Assembly: GCF_006345805.1 (NCBI RefSeq) | Contig: NC_043023.1 | Span: 7,254,001 to 7,318,000, forward strand | Source of the DNA: Octopus sinensis | Taxonomy: Eukaryota | DNA length: 64,000 nt | Direction of reading: 5' to 3' | Shown: one piece after another, positions 50,391 through 61,940 of the stretch | Layout: the number at the start of each line of letters is the position of its first letter | Numbering within the stretch: position 1 is the stretch's first letter | Position numbers and translations under genes: made by a program | The notes under the pieces: generated by a model | What the model was told of the DNA's origin: nothing | The model's input: only the letters and a program-made list of their open reading frames with translations | Database searches by the model: none

Positions 50391-50629
50391 ATTTACATTC
50401 GACGGATATTCGTCCTCATCTTGTTTGTTGTTAAGAGTGGTTAAGAGCACGGGCTACGAACCCCAAGATTCCGAGTTCGATTCCAAGCAGTGACCTGACA
50501 CTAACAATAATAGCATTCGAAAAATACCCTTAGGAATGAGAACCCACGTTCGATGGAGGCTGGGGGGTATATCAGCCGAAACCTTGTGTTAACAACAAAC
50601 AAGATGACAGGTATCCGTCGAATGTAAAT
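50391..50629 (+). mobile_element. tRNA(Arg)-like SINE fragment (family 3) bracketed by a ~42-bp inverted repeat
   Basis: A-box GAGTGGTTAAG, GGG-CTACGAA-CCC anticodon-like arm (ACG) and B-box GAGTTCGATTCC. The IR lies at 50391-50434 / 50589-50629. Confidence 0.7.
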
Positions 50630-51628
50630 AACGTACATACTTTCTCATCTCTTAAATATAGAACTGTAAAAAGCATTCAGTTTACGAACTTTCTGCTTAA
50701 ATCCCAGTAACAGGCCATGAAATGTGTTTATGGGGAAAAATATTGAAAAAATCGATACATCGGAGGACAAATAAACGATGACGGTATGAGATTGTCGTGA
50801 GGGTGGGTGGGCACTGTCATGGTGCTAAAAGTTCCAGTCCTTAAACTACACGCCAAAAAATGTTTTCTTTTTCTTTTTTTAACAACTTCATAGTTACAAA
50901 TTGCAAGATAAAATAAGGGTTTCTTACCTTCCTTCACTTAGCAAATAATTCCAGTCACTATTTGTGTACAAAGAATTGCAAGGGAACCGGTCTATCGTAC
51001 GTAGTGGGCGAAATTAAAATAGATGCAGCGATGTGTGCGCCTGTAGCGGTATCTGTCACACACACACGAACACACAGACACAAACACGTGTTGCATGCAC
51101 ACATACACAACTGGCTAGCACTCACAACCTTCTAACATTAACACCATTGTAAATAAAATCAATATCTTATTTCGAACAATGGAACGGCTTGTCAACGTGC
51201 ATCTATTTTCTCACATGCGGTCGTTTTTTAAAAACATAACATGCGGTCGTTTTTTAAAAACATAACATGCGGTCGTTTTTCCTACACGCCTTTCGTCACT
51301 TTCCAGACTTGTCATAGCAGCCCGAAGTAACAATCTTCATATGTCGATGAGAGACGCCAACATGTGCCAATTTTTTCACACAATATCAAAACTTTATTTC
51401 GATTATTAATAAATCCATAAATATTAAGTTCTGTTTAGCTTTGATTACTTTAGGAGTCTAATCAAAGCAAGAAAAAAAAACTATTGTGTAAATTTATTAT
51501 ATGAAATAATGCTTTATATTTGTAGTTAGAAAGTTCCTATTTTTAGCAGAAATATTTTTCTGCATTGAAAAACTGAATTATTAAATAATTCTCAACATCG
51601 AGGGGTAGGACAAGGCACAGGCTTTTAA

Positions 51629-52701
51629 CCCTTTCGTTACTATATTTCTGACCAAAATACCCCCCTTATGTGTTTCAATTAATTTCTAACATAATCATAA
51701 ATTTAGTCTGGCTTCATTAAACAACTATAACTTTTTTATTTATCAATATATTTATCTGATTTTTGGAAGATAATTTAATGAAATGTTCTCAACCAATTCT
51801 ATACTATAATTTTTGTCACAAGGTGACTAATTGCAGGTAGATACAGGTTAATTCAACAAAATATAAAATTATTAAATTTTTTTTCAACCATCGCTATAGA
51901 AAATGGGTTATTAGCTAATATTCAATTGGGTATACAACAAAATTTTACGATAGAATTTGTTATTCTGGGTAACTTTCTGATACCCATAATAATATTTATG
52001 GCAAAATAGCCTGAATTTCATTTAAGGTTGTGGGAAACCACTAACTATCCTTTCTTTCGCTTTGTTTACATTTAGCGTAACGATTCGTTTCCGCCGTAAT
52101 GAGTTCAAATAGACTCATCGGAAAAAGTAAAAAAATAGTCTATCACTTTACTCTCCTGGGAAAGTCTGTGGCTTGGTCCAGTTTCTTCAGAAAAATCACC
52201 GAAAGAAACAGTTTTAAATTTTCACTCCATTCAGGTGCCAATTCATTTTCTTTATCGCTGTCGGAGCTCTCGGATTCACTGTTTTCACTTTCGGAAAATG
52301 AAACAGATTCATTATCAAATACCACGTGCTTTTTTTTTTTCAGTCATAGAGTTAGATTTATGAAGGTCTTCAGTAGAAAATCCTTCGAATTCTGACTCGC
52401 TGCTTGATATAATGAAATTCGTATCCATTTTTTGTCAGAATTACAAATTTTGAAAACACAATAGGAACAAATTTCGGAAAAAAATCTCCCAAAATTAACG
52501 TAATTAAAATTACACTTTGATCGTTGTACAAAACTGTAGATGGACTGTTTACGAAGTATTATCACTTGTTTTCACGAATGTACTAAAGAGATTTGCTCTG
52601 ATATTCTCATTTAAATATGAATAGGTAAATACGGGCGGGTTTGGTCACATTAACCAAAATTTTTCTTTCGGGCGGCTTTGGGCGGTTTGGTAACGAAAGG
52701 G
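51629..52701 (-). mobile_element. piggyBac internal-deletion derivative (~1.07 kb)
   Basis: TTAA|CCCTTTCGTTAC ... GTAACGAAAGGG|TTTAA. It holds an acidic N-terminal transposase-like remnant (FDNESVSFSESENSESESSDSDKENE, 52143-52325). Confidence 0.75.
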
Positions 52702-53403
52702 TTTAATACTAAAAATCTAGTAGAGATGATATCAAATTTAGGTTTAGACTACACCTAAAAATATATATTAACGATTTTATTTTTCCTTTCAGTATTTAAT
52801 CCATTTTTTTTTATTGCGAAATTTCATTTTTCCTACCTTATTGCATGATTTTTAATTTGAAAAGAGATTCTTATTTTCGGTTTTAACCTTGAAACAAACT
52901 CTTTTATGGATTTTAACTTTTTGACAAAAAATTGCTTTATTTATAACCCATTACCTTTCATCTTTTACCTCCTTCAGTTTCTTTTGACCAAATCCACTGA
53001 CAAGTCTTTTGTCAGCCGAAGGATGAACTAGAAAACACTTTGCCCAAGGTACTGCTGCAGTGGGACTGAACCCAGGACCATGTGGTTGGGAAGCAAACTT
53101 CTTCCCCCACAGCCACGCCTGTGGCTATCTAACCTGATTGTTTTCCAGGAAGGAGAAAATACAATATTCATATTTAATATTTTTGGCAAATAGCTGGGAG
53201 TTGTATTCTAGTAAAGCACTGATGCATTCACTGTTTTTAGGTTAGAAATAAGCATTACTGAAAATAGAACCACATGGTCTAAGGTTCAGTCCCACCATGT
53301 GGCACCTTGGGTAAATGTCATCTACTATAGCATGGGTTGACCAAAACCTTGTGAAGGGATTTGGTAGGCAGAAACTGATAGAAACCTCTTGGATACACAC
53401 ACA

Positions 53404-54285
53404 GGACCTTTTCCTTTTGAACGGTAGTTTTCAACACGATTTCTAGTTAACTAGACACTTTTAAACTTCGTATACTGGTGTCAAAATAAAACATGTTTTG
53501 GATCTTTTCCTTTTGAACGGCATACAATTTCTAGTTTTCTAGACACTTTTAAACTTCGTATACTGGTAGAATGTGTCAAAATAAAACAATTTTTTCTCTT
53601 GGCTTTCTTGAAAAAATTGTAATTTGTAAGTTTAACGAAGTTTAATTTTTCGAATTTTAACTAATCCTACGGCCTCTAGTGAGCTACAATCATTTGCTGC
53701 GTCTAAAACAGACAACATCCTGTCACTAACCTTAACCCTCACCCCAATTTTAGCCTTTCGGTTTATTTTTCTTGATTGTTAAATTAATTTAAGGATAACA
53801 ATTAAGAAAAAATAACGAAAGCAATGGAAAATAATTTTAATTTAACAATTAAGAAAAAAAAAACGAAAGCAAAAACTCAAAACAAAAACAAAACGAATAA
53901 TTTTAGACACACGCGTAACAATTAAATTAATTTAACAATTAAGAAAAAAAAACGAAAGGCTAAAATTTAGGGTTTGGGTTAGGGGTGGTGAGAAGGGTAT
54001 CTTTTTTCTTCACAAATGTAAATAAACCCAATCTGTTTCTTAAACGAGAGACATATTCATACGGCACAGACTGTTTTCACCTCAGTAGACGTCATTGATT
54101 GGTTAAAATTGCAGAAATTGAAGAAAAAAAAAAAACAATAAATATCTTACAAACTATAGAATTCCCTCAATAAAACCAAGAGAAAGAGATGTTTTATAAA
54201 CACATTCTACCAGTATACGAAGTTTAAAAGTGTTTAGTTACGTGGAAATTATTTTTAAAAACTACCAGTCAAACCGAAAAGATCC
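53404..54285. mobile_element. MITE with GGA(T/C)CTTTTC termini, duplicated left end and TTAGGG-like internal motifs
   Basis: GGACCTTTTCCTTTTGAACGGTAGTTTT ... AAAACTACCAGTCAAACCGAAAAGATCC. The superfamily is not determined. Confidence 0.75.
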
Positions 54286-54331
54286 CACTTCAGATGGCAT
54301 GGATGCTGATTACATCGAAATTTATTATATA

Positions 54332-55540
54332 CTAGCAGTATCGCCCGGCGTTGCTCGGGTTTGTAAGGGAAATAACTATATAAGCATTTTTAGAGAGTTG
54401 TAGCCAAAAAAATAGCAAAAAAATGCATTTAAAAATAAAGAGAAGAAATTCTGGATATCGATTTCAATCTCTTGTCTGTGTGTATTATTTTTTTTCTTTT
54501 GTTTTCTTGTTGGGGGGGAGCGGGTGGGTTCACTGTCTGCAGGAATAGGGTGGGACTCAGAGGGTGTGGGTGGTTTTGGGGACAACGATGTATTCTACTG
54601 ATGACATCAAGTTGTCATCCTCTTTTATATTTGTTTAGACACTCCCTGCTGACAGTTTCACTCTATCCCCCCATTGTCATTTATACTTCCTTTCTTTCTC
54701 TGTCTATCTTTCACCTTTCTCTTCTACTCTCTGAATAGGAAGGAGCGAACCTGTTCTCTCTCGGTAGTTGCTGTGGCGAAAGAAGTGGTATGGCAGACGA
54801 GAGTGAAATTGCAACAGGCATGTTTATCTCCAGTCTCGAGCTAATCGACTTTTTCGTTTTCCACATGAAACGGAAAATAAGGCTGGAGAAGAAATGCCTG
54901 TCGCAAAGTGTGTTTCGTAAAAGTTGGAAGTCTATAGCAAGTATGTTGCGAGTGAAAGAACCTGTTTAATCAAGAATGTGAAAAAGGAGAAAGCAAAGTC
55001 TTCAGTGTGAGTCTGTGGTTTGTTGGGTCAACTGCGTCCTCCGCTTCATTTTTTGTTATTCACTCATTCTCATTTAATTGTTTGTTTATTCATACGTTTC
55101 GTCTCATTCGATACCCTGACCCCAACGTTTGTTTTGTCTGTCCCCGTATTGTCCCCTCTTTTTCTCAACCTTATGATGAATAAAGGAAATACTCTCTATC
55201 TGTTTTTCTCCTCCTTTATCTCTGTCTTTCTGCCTTTCTCTTTCTCCCAAAGTAATAATGGTTAATATATAGATCCACGCCCGGATGGCAAAAATGGAAA
55301 AAAATAGGTGTAACAGGTGTAAGGCATCGTATATTGAAGGAATATGACGAAAAAAAAGCGCGCTGAGAAACTGGGGGTGGGGAGGGGGCTCGGAAAATAC
55401 CCACGATCAACCGTAGAGGATCCGAGCAATAAACCTCAACGCCCGGTTTCAGTTAAACTGCACCGCAAAATGTGGGAGTAGTTAGGAATCTAAATCGTAG
55501 GAGACAGACACTCACACAACTACAGTTTTATATATAAAGA
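54332..55540 (-). mobile_element. Non-autonomous Helitron-like element (~1.2 kb) with composite interior
   Basis: A|TCTTTATATATA 5' end and CCCGAGCAACGCCGGG...CTAG|T 3' end. Interior segments recur at 55965-56103 (inverted) and 56500-56640. Confidence 0.8.
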
Positions 55541-57590
55541 TATATCCCCCTCAAGCCGGCTATTTTCATGCTAGAAATAACAGCCAAATCTCACTAAACA
55601 CAATGAAATGAATTGTGTAATGAATCTACTCACCTTTCTGCAAATATTTCTTTCGGAGTATTTTCCCCACATCAATATGAAATTAAGGTTTTTTTTTAAT
55701 TATTTTATTTGAAAGTTACAAAAAAATATGAGTTTTGTCGAGCACTGCGTGGTACCTTGGTCAAGTGTCTTCTACTATAGCCTCGAGGCAGCAAAAGCCT
55801 TGTGAGTGGATTTGGTAGACGGAACCTTTAAGAAGCCCGTCGTATATGTATATATATATGTGTGTGTGTGTTTGTCCACCCAACAATATTTGTTGTATAT
55901 ACATTGCATGAGAAATATTTAGAGTCTAAACCGTCTAAATTTTAGACGGTTTCTGTTGCGCGCCTGCGACCGGGCGTTGAGGTTTATTGCTCGGATCCTC
56001 TACGGTTGATCGTGGGAATTCCTTCAATATACGATGCCTTACACCTGTTACAGATATTTTTTTCCATTTTTGCTACCTGGGCGTGGATCTATATATTAAC
56101 CGTAATAATTAAAATGTATATATTTGGTAGAAAGTAGATATATACATATATATTTTAGTGTGTCTGTTTATTTACAACTATGATACGTACGCGCGTTATT
56201 TGCAATTCCCACTATATTCCCCGTAGCCGAAAAAGTTGGGGTTGTGTCGAAAAAATGTTTTTAAAAAAAGGGTGGTTTTTAGGGGGGACGGGACGTGCGG
56301 AAATCTTGCCAGAAAGTTTGCAAACTTACGCCGGTTTGTCTTAATTAAAAGAAACAGCCAACTTCCAAAATTCCACGACGCATGTGATTATTAGTATTAT
56401 TAGTTAATAAGTTTGCGAAAACTAAATCCCTTACCTTAGAGATGCTGACTATTGGCAACCGCTACTTTCTTGAGTGAATGGAATACGCAGCTCGTCACGA
56501 CGATGTATTGTACTTGATGACATCATCCTCTTTTATATTTGTTTAGACACTCCCTGCTGACAGTTTCACTCTATCCCCCCATTGTCATTTATACTTCCTT
56601 TCTTTCTCTGTCTATCTTTCACCTTTCTCTTCTACTCTCTGATTCTTTCTCTGCCTTTCTCTCTCTGTTTCACACTCTTTCTGTCTTACTCTTCCTATCA
56701 CCATTATTAGCGTCACTTATTAAAACTTTTTTACATGGTCGCTGAGTTTGCTAGAAATAGCAACTACATATCTCTCTCTCATCATAGTCGGCCTTAAATA
56801 AAAGAAGGGCATATTAGCTAATGTAGTCCTAGGTATATTAGCTTATGTAGTCCTAGGTATATAGAAACTAGTCACTGTTTTTTTTTTATGCACACACTTC
56901 AAATAATCTCAATGGATAACCAGCAAGTGGGTGCCCGCTGTTCTCATACAGTCATGGCATCAGAAGACTATAACGGGGAGGAAGGATGAGGAGGAGGAAG
57001 AATAGGAAGGTGGTTACAACAGAAGGATTTGATGATGATAGCATACAAGTTTTAGCTTTTCATTCTCATTCTACATGACAGAAATAAAACTCACCACTGC
57101 CTACTTACATCATATTTAATAATGAAACATACACACACACATATATATATATACACCTATTACACACATTTTTTTTTTGATTTTCTGATAATCGTAACGC
57201 CCTATATTAACCGTATAAACATCATATAATTAAGGGCTAAAGAGGGTTATTCTAAAGTCAATATACTGATTTATCCACTTATATAGGGACTTCATCCTAT
57301 ATTGTTAGTAGTAAACTCGATGCTTGCTACGGGAGGACCGGTAACCATTACAATTTGTAGCGGAGAAAGGTCAACACGTTGTTTCTGAGGCCGACCAAAG
57401 AATTTTTATTTTTAGATATAAATGATGTACTCGAGTGTAGTTATGTTTTTAGCTTGTGCTTTTTCCATGATCATACGTGAGTATTTTATTTATATCCCAT
57501 CGAAAGCTCTACTGAAGAAAGAATATATCTAATAATAGAAATATTAAAATAACTAAGTCTCTCTAAAAGAGAACAGCGGCAGCGTTCCCA

Positions 57591-57916
57591 AAAATAATAG
57601 TTATCGCCATATATGGCATTCTTATAAAAATAAGAAAAAAGCTGTCCGCTTATTAGGCGATGGCCTCAAGTTAGCTATTTGATACACAAACTGTATCCAT
57701 ATATGGATACAGTTTGTGTATCAAATAGAACTTAAGGCGATGGCCTAGCTCCATGAGGCCATCGCCTTAAGTTAGCTATTTGATACACAAACTGTATCCA
57801 TATATGGATACAGTTTGTGTATCAAATAGCTAACTTAAGGCGATGGCCTCATGGAGCTAATAAGCGGACAGCTTTTTTCTTATTTTTATAAGAATGCCAT
57901 ATATGGCGATAACTAT

Positions 57917-57922
<6 letters not shown>
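57591..57922. repeat. Nested palindrome
   Basis: Outer arms 57591-57656 / ~57857-57922. A 54-bp perfect palindrome occurs at 57675-57728 and again at 57776-57829, the latter inside a 112-bp palindrome at 57747-57858. Confidence 0.9.
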
Positions 57923-57952
<30 letters not shown>

Positions 57953-57967
57953 TTATATGTATATATA

Positions 57968-60417
57968 TCATCATCATCATCGTTTAGCGTCCGTTTTCCA
58001 TGCTAGCATGGGTTGGACGGTTCTACTGGGGTCTGTGAAGCCAGAAGGCTTCATCAGGCCCAGTCAAATCTGGCAGTGTTTCTACGGCTGGATGCCCTTC
58101 CTAACGCCAACCACTCCGTGAGTGTAGTGGGTGCTTTTTACGTGCCACCCGCACAGGTGCCAGACAGAGCTGGCGAACGGCCACGAATGGATGGTGCTTT
58201 TTATGTGCCACCGGCACGAGGGCCAGGCGAGGCTGGCAACGGACACGAAACGGGGCGGTGCTGGCAACGGTCGCGAAACGGAAGGATCTCTTACATGCCA
58301 CTGGCACTGGTAACACATCTGCAATTTCCATTGATCGATTTTGATTCTGATCCTCACTTGCCTCAACAAGTCTTCACAAGTAGAGTTTTGTGTCCCAAGA
58401 AGGGAAGGTATGCATACGTAGGCTGGCTCCATCCCATGTAGAAGGCCACGGGTTATGGACTCACTTGTCCTGCCGGGTCTTCTCGCGCACAGCACACTTC
58501 CAGAGGTCTCGGTCTCTAGTCATTTCCTCAGTGAGACCTAAAGTTCGAAGGTCGTGCTTTACCACCTCGTCCCAGTTTTCCTGGGTCTGCCTCTTCCACA
58601 GGTTCCCTCAACCGCTAGGGTGTGGCACTTTTTCACACAACTATCTTCATCCATTCTCGCCACATGACCATACCAGCGCAAACGTCTCTCTTGCACACCA
58701 CAACTGATGCTTCTTAGGTTCAGCTTTTCTCTCAAGGTACTTACACTCTGCCGAGTATGAGTACTGACATTACACATCCATCGGAGCATACTGGCTTCAT
58801 TTCTTGCGAGCTTACGCATATCCTCAGCAGTCACGGCCCATGTTTCATGGCTGTTCGTACACACGCATCATACAGTCTGCCTTTCACTCTGTGCGAGAGG
58901 CCTTTTGTCACTAGCAGAGGTAAGAGCTCTCTGAACTTTGCCCAAGCTATTCTTACTCTAGCAGTTACACTTTCAGCACACCCGCCCCCGCTGCTGACTT
59001 GGTCACCTAGGTAACGGACACTATCAACTATTTCTAGTTTTTCTCCCTGGAAAGTGACGGAAGTTGGTCTCAGAGCATTTTCAGTGTTTATTGTTCCTGA
59101 GCATCTGCCACATACAAAAACCATCTTCCTAGTTAGCCTTCCTTTGACATTGCTGCATCTCTTATGTGTCCATAGCTTACACTTGGTGCATCTTATAGAG
59201 TTTCTACCTACACCTTTTCTACAGATCGAGCAGGGCCATCTACCTGAAGGCGTTTGTGATTTGTCTACCTTCCTACTGATTACGACTTTGGTTTTAGCTA
59301 GATTGACTCTGAGGCCCTTCGATTCTAATCCTTGTTTCCACACCTGGAACTTCTCCTCCAGTTCTGATAGCGACTCAGCAATTAGAGCAAGGTCATCAGC
59401 ATAGAGGAGCTCCCAAGGGCATCCTGTCTTGAATTCCTCCGTTATTGCCTGGAGGACTATGATAAATAGGAGGGGGCTCAGTACTGAGCCTTGGTGGACC
59501 CCTACCTCTACCCGGAATACTTCACTGTACTCGTTTCCCACCCTCACCCTACTAGCAGTGTCCCTATACATGGCCCGCACAGCTCTCACTAACCATTCAT
59601 CTATCCCTAGTTTCCTCATTGACCACCAGATAAGGGATCGGGGGACCCTGTCGAAGGCTTTCTCCATGTCAACAAAAGCCAGGTACAGGGGCTTATCTTT
59701 GGCTAGGTATTTCTCCTGCAGCTGCCTTACCAGGAATATAGCATCAGTAGTACTTTTCCCTGGCACAAACCCAAACTGCATCTCATCTAAACTAACTCTC
59801 TCTCTAATTAGTTGGGCTATGACCCTCTCCGTAACCTTCATCACCTGATCCAACAGCTTGATACCTCTGTAGTTATTTGTATCTAGGGCGTCACCTTTAC
59901 CTTTGTAGCAGTTGACTATTATGCTGCTACACCAGTCGTTGGGTATGACTCCTTTGTGTATCACCTGATTAACTATACGGGTGACTAGGCTATAGCCGAC
60001 ACTACCAGACATTTTGAGCATCTCTGCAGTGATTCCTGATGGGCCTGGGGCTTTTCCTGTCTTCATACTTCTAATTGCCTTAGCTACCACGGAACTATCA
60101 ACTCGGATAGCTGGTCCCTCTGTTGGGTCAACATTCGGCAGACTCTCTTTATCCCATTCATTTTCTTTATTCAGCAACCTTTCATAGTGGCATCTCCAAA
60201 TCTCTCTCTTTGCATCCTCATTTAGTGCAAGTGAACCATCTACCATGCGAACACACTTCTCTCCTACCACATCACGATTCTCTCTCACACACTGTCTTGC
60301 AACGCGAAACACCTCCAGTCTTTGGTCCTCACGGCGCAGAACATTGGCAAATTTTTTCTTATCTGCTTCCCCTCTGGCTAAATAAACCTGTCTCCTAGCT
60401 TCTCTTTTGGCAGTCTG
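57968..60417 (-). mobile_element. RTE-clade LINE, 5'-truncated, with complete 3' UTR and (GAT)n tail
   Basis: The 493-aa RT ORF 58831-60312 continues in 58559-58864 after a small deletion relative to the 492-2283 copy. Confidence 0.93.
58831..60312 (-). CDS. RTE ORF2 reverse transcriptase fragment with an internal Cys/His (PHD-like) insertion
   Basis: RT motifs as above, plus CSIC-x10-CTKC-x4-HKRC-x14-CGRC. Confidence 0.85.
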   Translation of the reverse strand: MFRVARQCVRENRDVVGEKCVRMVDGSLALNEDAKREIWRCHYERLLNKENEWDKESLPNVDPTEGPAIRVDSSVVAKAIRSMKTGKAPGPSGITAEMLKMSGSVGYSLVTRIVNQVIHKGVIPNDWCSSIIVNCYKGKGDALDTNNYRGIKLLDQVMKVTERVIAQLIRERVSLDEMQFGFVPGKSTTDAIFLVRQLQEKYLAKDKPLYLAFVDMEKAFDRVPRSLIWWSMRKLGIDEWLVRAVRAMYRDTASRVRVGNEYSEVFRVEVGVHQGSVLSPLLFIIVLQAITEEFKTGCPWELLYADDLALIAESLSELEEKFQVWKQGLESKGLRVNLAKTKVVISRKVDKSQTPSGRWPCSICRKGVGRNSIRCTKCKLWTHKRCSNVKGRLTRKMVFVCGRCSGTINTENALRPTSVTFQGEKLEIVDSVRYLGDQVSSGGGCAESVTARVRIAWAKFRELLPLLVTKGLSHRVKGRLYDACVRTAMKHGP

Positions 60418-60423
60418 ATGTAT

Positions 60424-60473
<50 letters not shown>

Positions 60474-60504
60474 TTATATGTATATATATATATGTATTTA
60501 TATG

Positions 60505-60574
<70 letters not shown>

Positions 60575-60739
60575 GTATATATATGTATATAACGGGAAGC
60601 TTTATGAAAATAAACAAAAGACGAAGGCAGGTGGAGTACAAACAAACAATTGTATTAGTATGGCGCTCAGGAATATGTATGTATGTATATATATATGTAT
60701 GTATATATACATATATATATGTATGTATATATACATATA

Positions 60740-61105
60740 TATATCATCATCATCATCATCATCATCATCGTTTAACGTCCGTTCTCCATGCTAGCATAGG
60801 TTGGACGGTTCGACCGGAGATCTGGGAAGCCAGAAGGCTGCACCAGGCTCCGGTCTTATCTGGCAATGTTTCTACAGCTGGATGTCCTTCCTAACGCCAA
60901 CCACTCCGTGAGTGTAGTGGGTGCTTTTTACGTGCCACCTGCACAGGTGCCAGGCGAGGCTGGCAACGGCCACGGTCAGATTGGTGCATTTTACGTGCCA
61001 CCAGCATGGAAGCCAGTCGGGGCGGCACTGGCTTCGGCCACGATTCGGATGGTGCTTTTTACGTGCCACCGGCACGAAGGCCAGTCGAGGTGGCACTGGC
61101 ATCTA
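60740..61105 (-). mobile_element. Solo RTE 3' UTR with (GAT)n tail
   Basis: Same motif set as 57968-58330. Confidence 0.85.
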
Positions 61106-61129
61106 AAAACATTGACGTATCTGACTAGT

Positions 61130-61375
61130 TTTAAACAGATGTTATTAGGATGTCAACCTTCCAGACAATGCTTGTTACAAGTAGATGTCATAAGGATGTT
61201 GACATACAGACTATGATAGTCACAAGTGGACATCATTAGGATGTTGGCCTACCAGACAGTGATAGTCACAAGTGGATGTCATTAAGATGTTGCTACCAGA
61301 CCATTATAGTCACAAGTGGGTGTTGTGAGGATGATGGACAACCAGACTATGACAGTCACAAGTGGATATTGACCT
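61130..61375. repeat. Degenerate ~40-46-bp minisatellite (~5 copies)
   Basis: Recurrent CCAGAC...ATAGTCACAAGTGGA(T/C)GTCATTAGGATGTT. Confidence 0.75.
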
Positions 61376-61589
61376 ATAATTTATGATACTAAATAATAAA
61401 GAATAATCAACATCCGAGATATATTTTCCTGAGACTTAACTGCCATCAATTAGTGGTGCACGTTACAATAAGATAAAAAGCTATCAAGTACTGGGGTTAA
61501 GCAAACTGACTATAAACCCCTTTAAAATGTGAAACTTTGTGCCAAACTTAGAAAGCCAATAATGATATTAACATTAACAACTATTCTTT

Positions 61590-61940
61590 AACTCGTTTCA
61601 GTCATTTGACAGCAGCCATGCTGGAGCACAGCCTTGAAGGGTTTTAGTCAAACAAATTGACCCAAGGACTTATTTTCTTTTTAAAGCCCAGCACTTATTC
61701 TATCAATCTTTTTTTTTTGCTGAACCACCAAGCTATGGGAACATAAACACACCAATACTGGCTGTCAAGCAGTGATGACGGGCTTCTTTCAGTGTGCATC
61801 TACTAAATCCACTCACAACGTTTTGGTCAGCCTGAGACTATAGTAGAAGACACTTGCCTAAGGTGCCGTGCAGTGGGACTGAACCCAGAACCATGTGGTT
61901 GGGAAGCAAGCTTCTTACCACGCAGTCACACCTGCACCTA
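61590..61940 (-). mobile_element. Diverged family-1 SINE
   Basis: Tail and head motifs as in 37823-38196. Confidence 0.75.

Noticed and set aside
50435-50500. Functional tRNA-Arg gene
   Set aside because: The acceptor stem and 5' end are missing and the anticodon stem is imperfect, so it is a SINE head. Family-1 SINE heads were rejected as tRNAs for the same reason.
57500-57550. Second hammerhead (CTGAAGA...GAAAT)
   Set aside because: Stem II and stem I do not pair convincingly. At most it is a decayed relic.
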